A stretch of DNA of 64,000 bases, from NCBI RefSeq assembly GCF_009914755.1, contig NC_060942.1; one strand, given 5' to 3'. The translations under genes were made by a program, and so were the position numbers. This DNA comes from the human T2T-CHM13v2.0 reference genome, Homo sapiens. Shown piece after piece: positions 14,088-29,790 of this stretch (its first letter is position 1; every line of letters begins with the position of its first letter). The notes below the pieces were generated by a model. That model did not search any database, was not told where the DNA came from, and saw nothing but the letters and a program-made list of their open reading frames with translations.

Positions 14088-15619
14088 GAGACCTGGCAGC
14101 AGCTAATCATTTTACCTCTTTGAACAACACTCCCTACACAGAGTTGACTTCCAAAAATACCAACAATTGTTCTGAGAGCCTCAAAGCCTGCTTTCATGCC
14201 AAAATGGTGACCTGATGCTGTCCTCATGACCTGTCCATCAGAGGAAAATGATGCAGCTCTCACATTGCTGGCAGAAGCCCCTAATAGGTGAAAGTCTTCC
14301 TTCTTAGAAATTACCAGGCTTTTTCTCTTAGCTTGTTCCCAAAGAATGGGGTAGCAGCTAGGGACTGGAGAAGTACTCAAAAAGATGGAGTGGGGGGTAA
14401 GGAGGGGATGTTTGCAGAGTCCATTTAGTTACAGATAAATATCTGGTGCAACCTCTGGAACACACAAGTCTATACCTGAAGACAAGGGTACCAACCCCCT
14501 AATAAGCAATTATTTCCATCCAGAATATGCTTTTGGGTAACAGCTTGTGGTGTGATTCATTATTGATTTCACCTTGATGAAACAATTGTAGCAAACCAAC
14601 ACTGGACTTGGAGTCAGAAGTTCAATGTCTAAATCATGACAGAGCCAGTAAATCACTAAGTGACAATGAGTCTCAATTTCCCTTTTATAGAAAGGAACTT
14701 GAAGGCTCTCCCCATTCTTCAGCATTCCATTCCAACCTTCTGTTCTTCAGAATCCAATTGAAAAGCTCTTACTTCTATAAGCTTTTTCATTTGCATGGAT
14801 TATCTAGTATCGTTTTTTCCCAATACCCATTTGTTTATAGATGCTGGGAAAGGCTGTGGAGAAAGAGGTGAGAGAAAGAGGTGTGTGGCAGCACTCTGAG
14901 GCATACGACATGCACACCAGTAAAGAAGCAGGCAGGTCACACAACAGCCCTTACCTAGGCACACCACCTCCGTGGTTCCATGGCTCAAGCTAGCAGTGGT
15001 AGGCTAGCACCTAGGTGACACCTCACATCCCAAAAGCAGGTGTGCGACAAGCCTTGCACTAATTGGCCTCCATTTCTGAGGATACATATAGAATGGAGCA
15101 TATTTTGTGATACTTTCCTGGAAAGTGGAGTTCCCACGGTTAAATAAGACAGTGTTGAGGTCAGTTGGGTACACAGAAGTTTCATGTGCTATGTCATGGT
15201 TGGGCAAACATTCCCTGGGGTCATATATCCATAAGATGCCTGATTTGATTATATTAAACACTTCTATAATAAAGATGTTTCCTTATTTTCCTCTCTAGGA
15301 GTAATGACACATTCAAAACAAAGAATGAAGGTGGATAAAGCACAGAGTCCTAGACTGCAGTTCTGCCCTGGATTCAAAACAGTTTCTCCATGGGAAAATT
15401 TGATGTGCTATTTGCTAAATAATTTAAGAATGTAAGTTATCAACCAGAGAAAAAGGTCTGCCCATATTGGGAATTTAAAAGCTCTTATGTTTTAGCAAGT
15501 ACTCTAAATAATACATGACATTAGACGAAAAAAATCGTGAGCAATACAAAATGTTACACAATAATGTAAAATATAAATATTCAAATATACTAATTGTGTG
15601 AGACACTATCAGTTGCACA

Positions 15620-16300
<681 letters not shown>

Positions 16301-18489
16301 TGTGAATTCATCCAAATGCTACTTTCAACCTTTGACATCTAAGCTCATAGATCAAATCTACTTTTTGGGGCCCAAACTCACACTTGGTATAAATGGATTT
16401 TTAACTGTACAGGGAGGAACAGATATCTGAGATAGTCAATTATTCAACACAAAGATATTTGGTTAACTAAAAAAATAATCTGAGAGTAAACTCAATTTGT
16501 TTTTGCCATGTCAATACAGAAATAGGTTGTTCAGGAAATTCACTGAAGTTTTTGATTTCTCAATCTTCTCATTTTATAATGAAGATAATATTGACCTACC
16601 TCATGAGCACCGACAGAGGATTAACTAATTAACAATTGTCAATCACCATGAAAATACAAATTTTAAGAAGCAATAAGACTTTTCATTAAACTATTAATGG
16701 CTGTGCTAGTAATTTCTTCCTTCACTGAAGAAAATTTACATTTGATAAGCACCAAAGGTTCATAGCATAGTAAGAATAAAACTTAAATGAAAATTACACC
16801 TGAAGACACTTCATGACATTTTAACAAAAGCATTAAGGCAAAAGATGCTACTATCAAATACAGTCTCTTTGAGACAGGCTCAACATATTTCTGTTGAATT
16901 AAGAGACTGGATGTGGTAGTCCATACATTCTTGTATTCTGCATATTCTAAAACTGTCACAACCTAACTCACTTCCCAACAGTTGTTCATAAACTCTACCC
17001 TACCTGATTCTCTTCAAGCTGCTCATCAGACAACCTAATGTGAAACAGATTTTTATTATTTCCAGGTTAGTAACTGACTTTACATTCGGTTTTTTGTGTG
17101 TGTGCAAACCTACAGCACTTTTTACACACACAGTGCCCCCAGAGAACTCTTCAATATTCTGAGTGTGCAAATGTTGTGACAGAATTCTACTGCTTATGAA
17201 ATTATTTTCTGAGGCGATACCAGAATTTGACCTCGGGGTCTTTTTACCCATCTGCAATTTTCTACCCTGAACGCCTGCCTATCCCTTCCATCCCACACCT
17301 TCCCTTTAATTTCCCAATGATTACTCTGGGCAGAGTTCACCTTCAGCCTCTTCCACAAGACCTCTCCTATCAGCTCCTGTGAACATTTGCCACTCCCTTC
17401 TTTGAAGAGTCACAGAATTTACCATCCATATTAGCCATTCTGGTATATAATGATATACTGCCATAGGCAACACACATTTTCAGGTACACCTGTCATTGTC
17501 AAATACTGTACATGTGTTTACGCTTGCCTTAAGTGCACAGTAAGATTGTAGGCAATAGGTTTCATGACTCACATTTCTTTTGTGCCCTCATAATGCTCAG
17601 CAAAAGATGTGAATATAGCAAAACACACTAACACATATACTATAAGTATGTTCTTTAATATGTTTGATGTGCTGCAAAAACAGGCAGTTATCTTTATGGT
17701 CATTTGTCGCACAAATGCACTTCTTTAGGCACTATTTTCCTAGAAAGCAAAAGTACAAATCTCCCATATTTAAATGAACTCACTTAGACCAGATGATTTC
17801 CAAACTACTGATCACCTGAACATCTATTATAGCTAGACCAATTCCATGATGCTTACGCTTGCCTACTAAAAATGAGGTATCAATATTTTTCATTGTACTA
17901 AACTCAGATTAATATATTTTCTAATTTTTGAGCTAATTTATAAAACGAGAAATCTTTTAAAACCATTCTAAAAGTTGCATAGATAATTCTGTGTTACTAA
18001 ATAAATAAGCTACAAGGATAAAATGTTTTAGTGATATCCATTCATGACTATCTTCTTATATATGCCAATGTGCAGGCTAAAAACTGATGACAGGGCCTTA
18101 ATTTTTAATATTTTGTATAGAACTTAGAATAAAACGTTAATTTTATTCATTGGGTTTGGGAAACTGGGTCTCTCTTCTTTATTCCTAAAACATAACATTC
18201 TTTATTTAAAGAATGTTAGACATCAAGACCTTCCTAAAAATGTAATGAATGCAATTAAACTAATTTTCATTTCCTCCATTTGGCCAGTTACCCTTAGCAA
18301 CAATAACACATTAATTCTTTTTGAATTTTAGAAGGGAAGAATTTTAAGATGGAATGGCAAATAATAACTCATACTAATTCTTTCAAAATATCTCAGGATT
18401 CTGGAAGATATTCAAATCTGGAATCTGACTCATGTGAGTTACTCTTACAGGAAACACTACCTTCTTTAATAATACCAACAATACTAACA

Positions 18490-18720
18490 CTAATAATAGA
18501 TAATGTTTATCACATCCCTTCACTGTGTGCCACACACCTTGCCATGATGATACATCTACCAGCTCATTTAATTGCCACAACCACAAAAGGCAGGCAATGT
18601 TATCACCTTTACAGGTAAATGTTCAATTAAACATTTAAGTAATCTGTCTAAGGACATACAACCAGCTTTGGGAGAACTGAGATTTGCAATTTAGTCAGCC
18701 ATTTGCCAGAACCCACCCCT
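18490..18720 (-). mobile_element. MIR
   Basis: ctcatttaattgccacaacc...ttatcacctttacaggtaa...aagtaatctgtctaaggacatacaacc core. Confidence 0.7.
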
Positions 18721-20209
18721 CTATCCATTACACTGACATTTCTACCAGTCCCATTAACCACACAACACTTTTTACTCATTTGAACATTTTGAAGTTTTGT
18801 TAATTCATTTCTCCTTTAGAAGATTGGTAAGAATTAATTACTACTGAATGATTACATTGATTTTTTTTAAGCTAATGGAATTTTTAATTAAAATAATACG
18901 AAGGGAGATGATGGGAAACTGCAAGTCTGAAAATCAGATATAAAAGCAGCCTGTTAAGATTCACGAGATGGCCACAGATTCTAAGCAATGAACAGTAAAA
19001 TTAAATTTGTCTGGTAATTTCTTTTTTGGGGGGGAAAGGTGGGCATAACCAGTAATTCCTTAGTAATAAGATTTCCCATGGAGATGGACCTTGGTATATT
19101 TTTTCAAAAAGGAAAGAAAACCCTACATGCTCTAATCCTGTGAGACTAAAGCACCCTTCTTAGCTTCCATTTGCTGGATTTCAATAAGGCATTAAACCTT
19201 GTATGTCAAAATGCCTCATATTGAAAGACAAGAACACTAGCCAGCCTTAATGCTTTAAATGTCCTGCCTTTACAGATAAGATTTGTAGGGTGTCATTTCC
19301 ACTTGCTGTAACAATCCCAGCTACAAGAGGCCTTATAAGTAGTAATCAATCTGAGAAGAAGAGATCCTTCTTTACTAAAAAGAAAAAGAAAGAAAAAAAG
19401 CTGAATCAGAAACAATGTTACAAAAATTGGAGTAAGGCTGGAGAGAAACTTAGACAACTCATAAAGGGAAAACTAAACCACAATTCAAGAAAAAAAAAAA
19501 AAAGTATGTAAGTGGCCTGATGTCTACCTTTGGGTTCTGGCCTAAGTACACAACTGGTGCTTTAAACAATTCTACCCAGAAAAGTATCTCAGATTTAACA
19601 CAAGCAAAAAGGGAACCCACCATTCTAACTTCCAAACCTGCTTCTTTATTTTTCCTAGTATCGAGTGATGGCCACCCAATACAGCTGAGGAATTCAGAGA
19701 CACAACTAATCAATTACTACATCTGAATGACTTTACCTCCTAGATATTTATTGAATTTGGCCACCCTCTCTACCCTATGACCACTGCACTGGTTTTGATC
19801 CTGTCTTCTCTTACTAATACAATTGCAAGAGCTTCCTATCTCAAATCCTTTCCCCACAATGTTCCTTCTCCAATCTAACTCTGCAAAATAGAATCTAATC
19901 TGAATATGTGTTCACTCCCCTGCATAAAATCTTTGATGGTTACCCACTGCCTAAAACAGTAATTATTGAACATTCTTAAACCTCTAAACTCAAAACTCAA
20001 ATGGAATCTGACTTGAATATTCATCCTGGGCTGCGCTGGTTGCAGGGAATGGAGAATCCCTGCTAACTCAACTCCCTACCTCCACCCCTAGCTGGGTGAT
20101 ATCTGTGAAGTTCCTCAGAGCAGTCTGAAAAATGCAGGCCAGAGAATCAAATTTAAGCTCTTGGCATTGCCTCCCCATTTCCAGACCCTGCCTTCCTTTC
20201 CTGGTTCAT

Positions 20210-21066
<857 letters not shown>

Positions 21067-24000
21067 TTCTTATTCTCTCATTAATTCTCCATCTTACACA
21101 TTTTCTACAGCTTAAAATTGCCCAGCAGATTCTATGCTGCTTCATACCTCTTTCCTATTCTTTCTCTTCTGTCGACCTGAAGCACCTCTTCCCCTTTCTC
21201 GGCCTGGCTAACTCTTGCTCATCACCAAAGACATCATGTGCTCCAGGAAACCACCCCAATGTGCCAAGTTGGCCTTAATGACATCCCCCCCCCCCCACCC
21301 GCCACAGCCCCTCCAAAATTATTTTTTTTCTCAGAATATGCTGGAACCTCTATTCCAGTGATTTATTGGTCAAAGAGTAGGATCTTAGTAGATGTTTATT
21401 GAACTGAATTGCTGATGAATGCATAGTGGTATTGGGAAAACACACTACTGGGAGGTGCTATTCATTTCATTACTTGTGGATGGTCTTCTTAGTGTAGCAA
21501 GAAATGGTGCCTTAAACTTCACATTTTATTAGGCCAAACTGCAGTATCTAATCAATATAATAATATTTATATTATTAAGTACTTGTCAGTTGTAGTCTGG
21601 TGTTCATAAGAAGAAAGCTATCACTATATAGCTGTCAGGCACCAACTTAAGCTCCATCTGTGAGTGACCATTAGCAAAACTTAAAGCAAAGCATGGTTCT
21701 TTGCTCTTTTGCTAGGCACTGGGACTAATGAATTGCAAAGGGCAGGCAGACTGCTTGCAGAAGGAAGTTAGCGGTAATGGAAGGAGGCAGAAATTAACTG
21801 GGGGAAGGGGATGCTGTGTTCATCTAATCTGCTTCATAACCATCGCTTCAGTCCAAGTGACAAAATAGTATCAATAACGCCAAGAGAAGCTCCGCTTAGG
21901 TTTCTGCAGGCCACAGAAGGTGATGGTAAGAAATGATTGAGGTTAGAAGATGGTATTCTTTCTCCCAACAGAGAGACACTTTGGTGGAAAAACAAAAGAA
22001 ATGAACAAATCAATGGACTAAGGCTTGTACCCAAAAACTGTGGCCTTGGAAAAGGAAGAAAAGCAAAAAGAGAGGGGCAGAAAAGTGTAGAAAACTATTC
22101 AGAACAAGAGGAACAAAGGAGCAACTCAAATATGAGCTCTCACATAAAACTGTAAATCTTTCCCTTTAAATGCAGGATAATATATGTAATATTGAATATA
22201 AATATTAAACCAGACCATACAGCCACAAGACATGGCTTTTTAATAACCAGCATAAAACACTGGTGAAAAGCAAATATTTTGCATAGAAAATAAAATTAGG
22301 TATAAGAAATAGTAAGTATATAATAGATTTGACAGATTTCTTTTTAAAAAGATTATAAAAGCATTCTCAAGAGTCTGTCAACCTGATAATTTAATTATGA
22401 GGGGGAACAGTTTTATAAAACAGAAGAAGTTAAGTTTAAAGGCAATCTGAGTAATAAAAATATACACTTTAAATAATTCATAAATTAAATGGAAAAATGT
22501 TTTGTTGGCACAACCAAAAAAATATATCTTAGTGCTTGAATGTATAATAGTGCTTTTTCTAAAACAATATTTCTTTTAAATTTTTTTAACAATGACAATC
22601 TTTTCTATAAAAGTTTATTTTGCAAGAATGATAGAGATAGGTAAGTTGATGGCTGCTCTTACTTTTATTTTCTGCTTTTATAACCAGTTACTAGTTCACA
22701 AGAGATCTGAATATCTACCTCCTATTCTAGTATCTCCCACAGCAGAAAACCAACATGTCTGAGGTCATCAAAATGGGCACAACTCCAAGAAAGCCACATA
22801 AGATGGATGAGTCTTCATTACATAGATAAACTGACATTAAAATCAGCATTTCTCAAGACTAATTGGAATTTTTACTTGAAAAATAGTTCAGTGTACATGC
22901 CTACTATACACATACTAATATTAATTATGCATTTAAAGGTTGAAGTTAAGGAAGCTCATGACCCCAAACATCCTTGTCTACATTTTTAATTAGTCACCAG
23001 GGGGAGCTAATTCTGCTCTATAAGTAGGTAGAGTCTAAGAGTCAGATTTAAAACAAAAAACAGAAAACAAAAAAAAAAAGAGGGAGGGAAAAGATTAAAT
23101 TGATGTGGTATTAAATATATTTCAAAGATGATATAGTGTCCATAAGGCATATATATTATACATGCAAAGAAAACAAAAGAGAATAGGTATATATTCTTTC
23201 TCATTAAGTTTGAAAAAAATAGTGAAAGCCATCAATTAATAGAATATTGTTGTGTTTAATAGAGGACATATATACGCCCAATCAGTTATGATTATCTTTG
23301 GTCCTATTGGGTTCTTACTCACCCTTCAGATTTTGAACATTTGCCCATTTGTTGCATTGACCCTGTTATTTTCTTGGTTTGAAGCACTATGATTCTACAT
23401 TCTAACAGCTAATCTTTTGCTCAAAAATAACCCATATAATTAAATTATAATTATATTGAAACGAATGTTTCCTTACCCTTTTGCTTCAAATATTTTCTTC
23501 TGTTCCAAATATATTTTTTAGCACTTTTAATGTGTGTTCAAAGAGTTCTGCCCAATAACCTACTTAAATTCATTCTACAATTCACCCAGGAGACACAATC
23601 CCTTTAAACTTTGAGAAGCTCCAGTTGGAACAAAGATGGGGAAAGGGTTCAGAGTTTGTGGAATAATCACCTCTAATCGATCAATTTCCCCTGAAGGTAA
23701 AACCGAAAGAAAGGAGGAGTGAAGAGTTCCAGTCCAATTCCTTGAAGTTTAAAGGAACTAAGCCCTGAGGCACAGTGTAGAATGATTCCTGCTTTCCCCT
23801 CCCAAGACCTATTAAGAGGTCATAGATCTCTGTGACATTGCTACCATTCCCTAAAGACAAGATCCCCAAACACAGACTTAGCACAAAGAGAAGGGTGTGG
23901 AAATAGTCTACTTTTAACAGCTTTTTTAGTAACCCACTCCTTATAAAAGGAAACAGATAAAGGTCACGAGCATCGTAAGTAGAGAACATGAAAAACAACA

Positions 24001-25165
24001 TGAGTCAAGCAAAAATGTAAAAAAAAAAAAAAAAAATTCAACCTCTTAAGTTTTATCATGTTGAATTTCACATTTGAAAACATGTTAAAGGTAGCAGAGC
24101 CCTTATGTGCACACAACTGTATCCAAATAGCTAAACATTGGTGCTTACAAGATAGACCAAATGACTGCAGAGGGCCTAAGAAATAGTGGGTCTCTTTTAA
24201 TTCATCTTCCCCACAAAAGAGACCCCACTGTCTCCACATCCCAAATAGAGCCCTTCATTTATAATTTTTATACTTCTCCACACGGACAAACTGACAGCTT
24301 TGATTACCATCAATGACCATCAAGGACATGGGAGAAATTCTTGAAGATATTCTCCCATGGCTTGTGTTCTTGACATTTTATTTACAATTTTTGGCAAATG
24401 AATCCTGAAACCACAGTTAGATCATTATATATTCATTATTCATTACACAACTAAGGCAAAACAATTTACAGACAAATAATGCTAATTTTCTTCTTGAATT
24501 CTATTCATTTCAAAAGACTTAATTTTTAAAAACTCAAATTAGTCAAGAAACAGGTGATTTATGAATACAGTTAAAACTAATATAAGATATTCTCCACTTA
24601 GGTTTTACTTGTAAAAATTAAAGTGAATAGACTCATTTATTTTCTATTTCTAGGAGATTACATCCTTCAAGAACTTTTCATTCATAATCAGTAGCTTTCT
24701 TGTGAATCACCAGTTATTCAAGCAGGCTAAAAGTAAAAATGCCTAATAAAATATGGACATCAAAATTACAGAGAAATGTTTCTTATATTACCCTTTCAAG
24801 ATCCAAACTTTTTAATTTTAATAAGTTAATTAATGTAATAGATCATCACTTATACTGGGAAAACATATTCATCAGTACAGACAGTCCTTTCATAAATCCC
24901 AATTACAATACCCACAAGCATTCAAAGAGCTTTGAGAAAATAACAGATCTAAAAATAATTATTTTATATCCATGTTTTGATAGCGAATTTTACAAATATA
25001 TCAAGAAGAGAATGGCAGACCAGGTACTAATATTCAAAAACTTCTGCTGCAGCAAAATCAATGTGGAAATAACAAAGCTTGTATACTAGGTAATGATTGA
25101 ACTGACCTTACCTCCAAAACCGGAAAAGGAAGCATACTCAGCCTATGGTTCAGAAGTTGGAACCA

Positions 25166-25476
<311 letters not shown>

Positions 25477-26602
25477 GAAGTTGGAACCAACTATAGATGA
25501 TCACTTTGTCTTTGGTAACTGCATGGAAGAACTTGGTGGGAGCCCTGACAGTTGAACAAAGTGACACACTCAGCCCCACCACTTTCTCTAAAACTGAGAG
25601 GAGCAAAGATTTGGTGAGCCGTTTTTCACCTCATGAAATAAGTGATAGTCAAGAACAGTGGTCTCTGAAATACAGGGTACATTATCGTGCAGGAGAGAGG
25701 ATACTCTGAATAGTCAGAAACCAATCAGAACGGACACCAATCAGAAATAGCCATCCAGGTACTAACCAGACCTTCCTGAGAGCAAGGAGATAAACAGTAC
25801 TCCAGTCAGCTGGGTGGGCTGGCTTCTCCAGCCCCTTTTATCCCATCTCATACTAATGCAGTCTACAGTGTCCAGCAAACTGGACTTACGGATCAGAATA
25901 TTTAATTTTAACTAATCTAATTCATGCAAAATCCTCAGATTTTGACAACTGATTTTTAAAAGTTTTCTGCAAAAAAAAAAACTGCAGGATACTGATAGTC
26001 AAGCACAAGTAATCAACAAGAAAACAGCAAATCTGGCCCTTTCACACCAAGTAAAAGCTCCTTGTCACCTACCATATGAAAGGGAAAGGGGAGGGGGAGA
26101 AACCGTTTCATCAGAGCTGACTGAAAGTTGGCAAAACAAAAGCACAGAAGTGAGATTATCAGGAAAGTTCTTTGAAATATGAACTTATACCCACCACTGA
26201 TAACAACCTCATGGGAAAGAATAACATACATTCTCTCTGGAGGTTTTGTGAAGTATTTTTTTCAGTTTTAACAGCCATTAAAATGAATTACCAAAATAAC
26301 ATAAAATTATTTTTAAACCCTGTTTATTTCATCTTTACCTAATTTTTTAATTTCTGTTTTTGTGAATGTTGTATAATGCATGTATGTATGTAATGTATTA
26401 GTAAATACATATTATGACAGTGCATTTAGAAATCACTAGTCTAAAAGTAAAATGCATATAGAGATGGGCTGGAGAATGGAATCTATGGAGGCCATGAAAC
26501 TGCATTTTGGGGGCTTAGGGAGATTTGGAGAATGAAGTAGGCTAAAAAAAGACATACTTTAGGTACAAAATGAGGAACTGATCAAAATGGAAGGAAACAG
26601 GA

Positions 26603-26757
26603 AAATAAAACTTATAGTGCCTTAAGCCTAATTAATATAGAAACATAAATTAATAACACTTAAATGATTAATAACAAAGTATGAATAATGAATTAATATA
26701 GAAATTAATATAGAAATATGCAAATAAAACTTATAATGCCTTAAGCCTAATTAATAT
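26603..26757 (+). repeat. 36-bp direct repeat flanking an 83-bp spacer built from local sequence fragments
   Basis: aaataaaacttata(g/a)tgccttaagcctaattaatat at 26603-26638 and 26722-26757, 35/36 identical. Confidence 0.9.
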
Positions 26758-29482
26758 GAACTAAAAAGTTGAAATATCACATTTATTTCATGTAATTTAT
26801 TTCAACTAATGGTTTGATAAGGAAAACAGCAAAAAAAAAGGTTCTAAGCAGTTTCAATCTGCTTTTATGAAAACGATGCTTCATTCTGTAAACTACTCAT
26901 CTCCCTTATTCCCACTGCCAACAGAACTAGCTGTTAGAGCACTTTATTGTTCATTGGAATGAACCAGTCTTTAATTTGCCACAACCATATGACACATGTA
27001 TACTCACTTTCACATTTAAAAAAATTCTTTGGCCAAATAATAAGGATATTCCAGATGTCTAAAAGTTTTCAGCTTACAAAAATTGTATGAAGCTTCCAGG
27101 AAGTTTCATAAGATTTAAAACAAAATTAAATGGACATACTACTTTACACTGACGAACAACATCCACTCATCAATTCAGTTCATTTTCCTAAAAAATGTGA
27201 ACAGGAAGAATATTTGTAAAGAAGCTACAACCCTGGGTAGGGCTTTATATATCTGGTCTACAAATGTTCCCCAAAGCTACAGCAGAATTACTACCACACA
27301 TATTTCTACACACTCATCTACCAATAGTATGGTAGACCAGAGGGTTAAGAACTAACACAATGCTATTTAGTTTTTTCTGCGATTATGCCCAGGCAATTCA
27401 CATTAATGATGTGAAAGAACACTTAACAGACAACTCAAGTTTGCAAATTAGCAGGAGAGAAGAGAAAAATGACTCAGAACAACAAGCATAGAGTATTACC
27501 AAATGCACTTTATACATTTATCCTGTTAAGTGTAGCTTAGTTTTGATGATTTACAATACTAGTTCTTACTCAGTTTTGTAAGCATAACAAAGTCTCTGTA
27601 ATCTCAGCCTTCCCCATAGCACCCTGCTATTAAATCTTTGTTGAGCAGTGTGATGAGACCCCTCTGGCTTCCAGCCCTCCCCACCCCCTGAGGGAATTGG
27701 CAAGAAATGATAGGGTTTGTGGATTAGTAAAATGAGAGGTTCTCTGTGCTTTTCCTTCTTTAAATATATATTTTGATAATCTGTCTTCTGCATCAGAGAG
27801 TCCCAACAGCATTAGAGTGTTGATTCCCCTGCCTTCTTAGCCTCCAGGAAAAAGACAGCAAGGCTGGGGCAAGACAGGTGGTTTCCATCTATTGCTAAAA
27901 TTGAAGAGAGGGACTTAATTTTTTCTTTCACCTTTCCCCCTATTCCTTCAAGCAGGGATGATACATAACTTACTTATACATGTTGGACTGTAGACTCCAG
28001 GAAAATTGCACCATGAGACAAAGGAGAGAGAACTCATCTGTGAGTGTCACCACGTCCTTTGCTATCTTCAGGGACTGTTCTGTTCTTTCTTAGAACAAGG
28101 ATGCTTGTCCAGAAAAATATGCAAATACTAGAATATCCTCTCAGTGACAGACTCCATGAGGTGTGTGTGAGCTCGCATTTTCTTTATCCCTGCAGGATCC
28201 ACTGTCTAAAATTTCAGTCCACGTGGACAGCTAATCATTATTTTACCTGGCACATAATCTTATAGCTGACTTTCAAATCTGGGTCTAGAATTGATCATCT
28301 TGTTCTTCTGTATTTGACCTTCATCTCCAAAGGCTTCGTTTGGCCTTGGCTCAGTTTCAAGACTTTTGATACGGAGTGAATAGGTTTTCATCAAGGCAGG
28401 CTCTCCAAGGAATGTGCGTCACCCTTGGGGATGAAAGTCACCAAAGGAACAGATCTTAAGTTACCAAGAAAACCCTCAGTTAAAAGAAGGGAAGAACCTA
28501 AGACAGGGTTTCTATGGCTCTCTCATAACAGAACTACCCTGAGTAACCCACATAGGCATCAGCACATAGAATATATCCCTTTTCTGTTATTTTGCAAATC
28601 AACAAGTTGTAAGATAGCTTTCACTTCTAATCATACTCTATAATTAACCCTCTAGCACACTGCTCAGGATTCCCTCTTTCTTTACACAGATTGTTCATCA
28701 AAAAGTCTTCAGGCAATGGTCTAGCTGGTATAGGGCCAAACATGTCAGTAACGACTTCAAGATTAATAGAAGGGAATCCACAAGCAACAAAGAATAAATT
28801 GAGAAAGCAGCAAGATAAGACCATGGAACGGGCAGGGAGAAAGGAAAGGGGAAAATATGGACAGGGAAATTAAGAATCTTGGAGAAAGGACCGGAATGAG
28901 AGGAAAATCAGCAAAGATGCAAATGGGGCTGAATGAAATTAAAAGGTAAAACGAATTTAAAAAAAAAAAAAAAAGGAAAGAAAAAAGTAATAAAACCAAG
29001 AGGCAAAAAAAAAATGTATATATAAAAATACCTTCCTTTGCTAAATCCAGCACTTTGTCAGCCAGGGGTGGGGGGTGGGGGGTGGGGAAGCAGCAAGAAG
29101 AGAATTCAAGCAGTGGGAAGCCAACACTGGAACTGTCAGACCTCCCAACTTACACTAAAAGGCTTTAACCAAGCAAGAAAGCAAAAGCATCATATTACTT
29201 TTTTAATTAAAATGCTTCCAAGTGTCTTTAATCTTTTCCAGATCAGACTGGAGGGCAACCTTCAGGCAACTCAAGCTACACCATTAACACCTTCAACAAA
29301 CATGGATCGTTCCTGATTTCATTTCTCCCTTTTTTTTGCTTCCTCCTTGGCCTCCACTTACACTTTGCCTCCCGAATCTACCACCTTCCCAAAGAAATAA
29401 TCCTGAACAACAATAAACAGGAAAACAAGACCCATCAGATAACTCTCTCTGGACATGTGCTTCAACAAGTGGCAAGTAAGAC

Positions 29483-29790
<308 letters not shown>

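Noticed and set aside
26603-26757. Two 36-bp repeats as a mini CRISPR array
   Set aside because: Only two copies, and the spacer is made of pieces of the repeat; better explained as a duplication scar.
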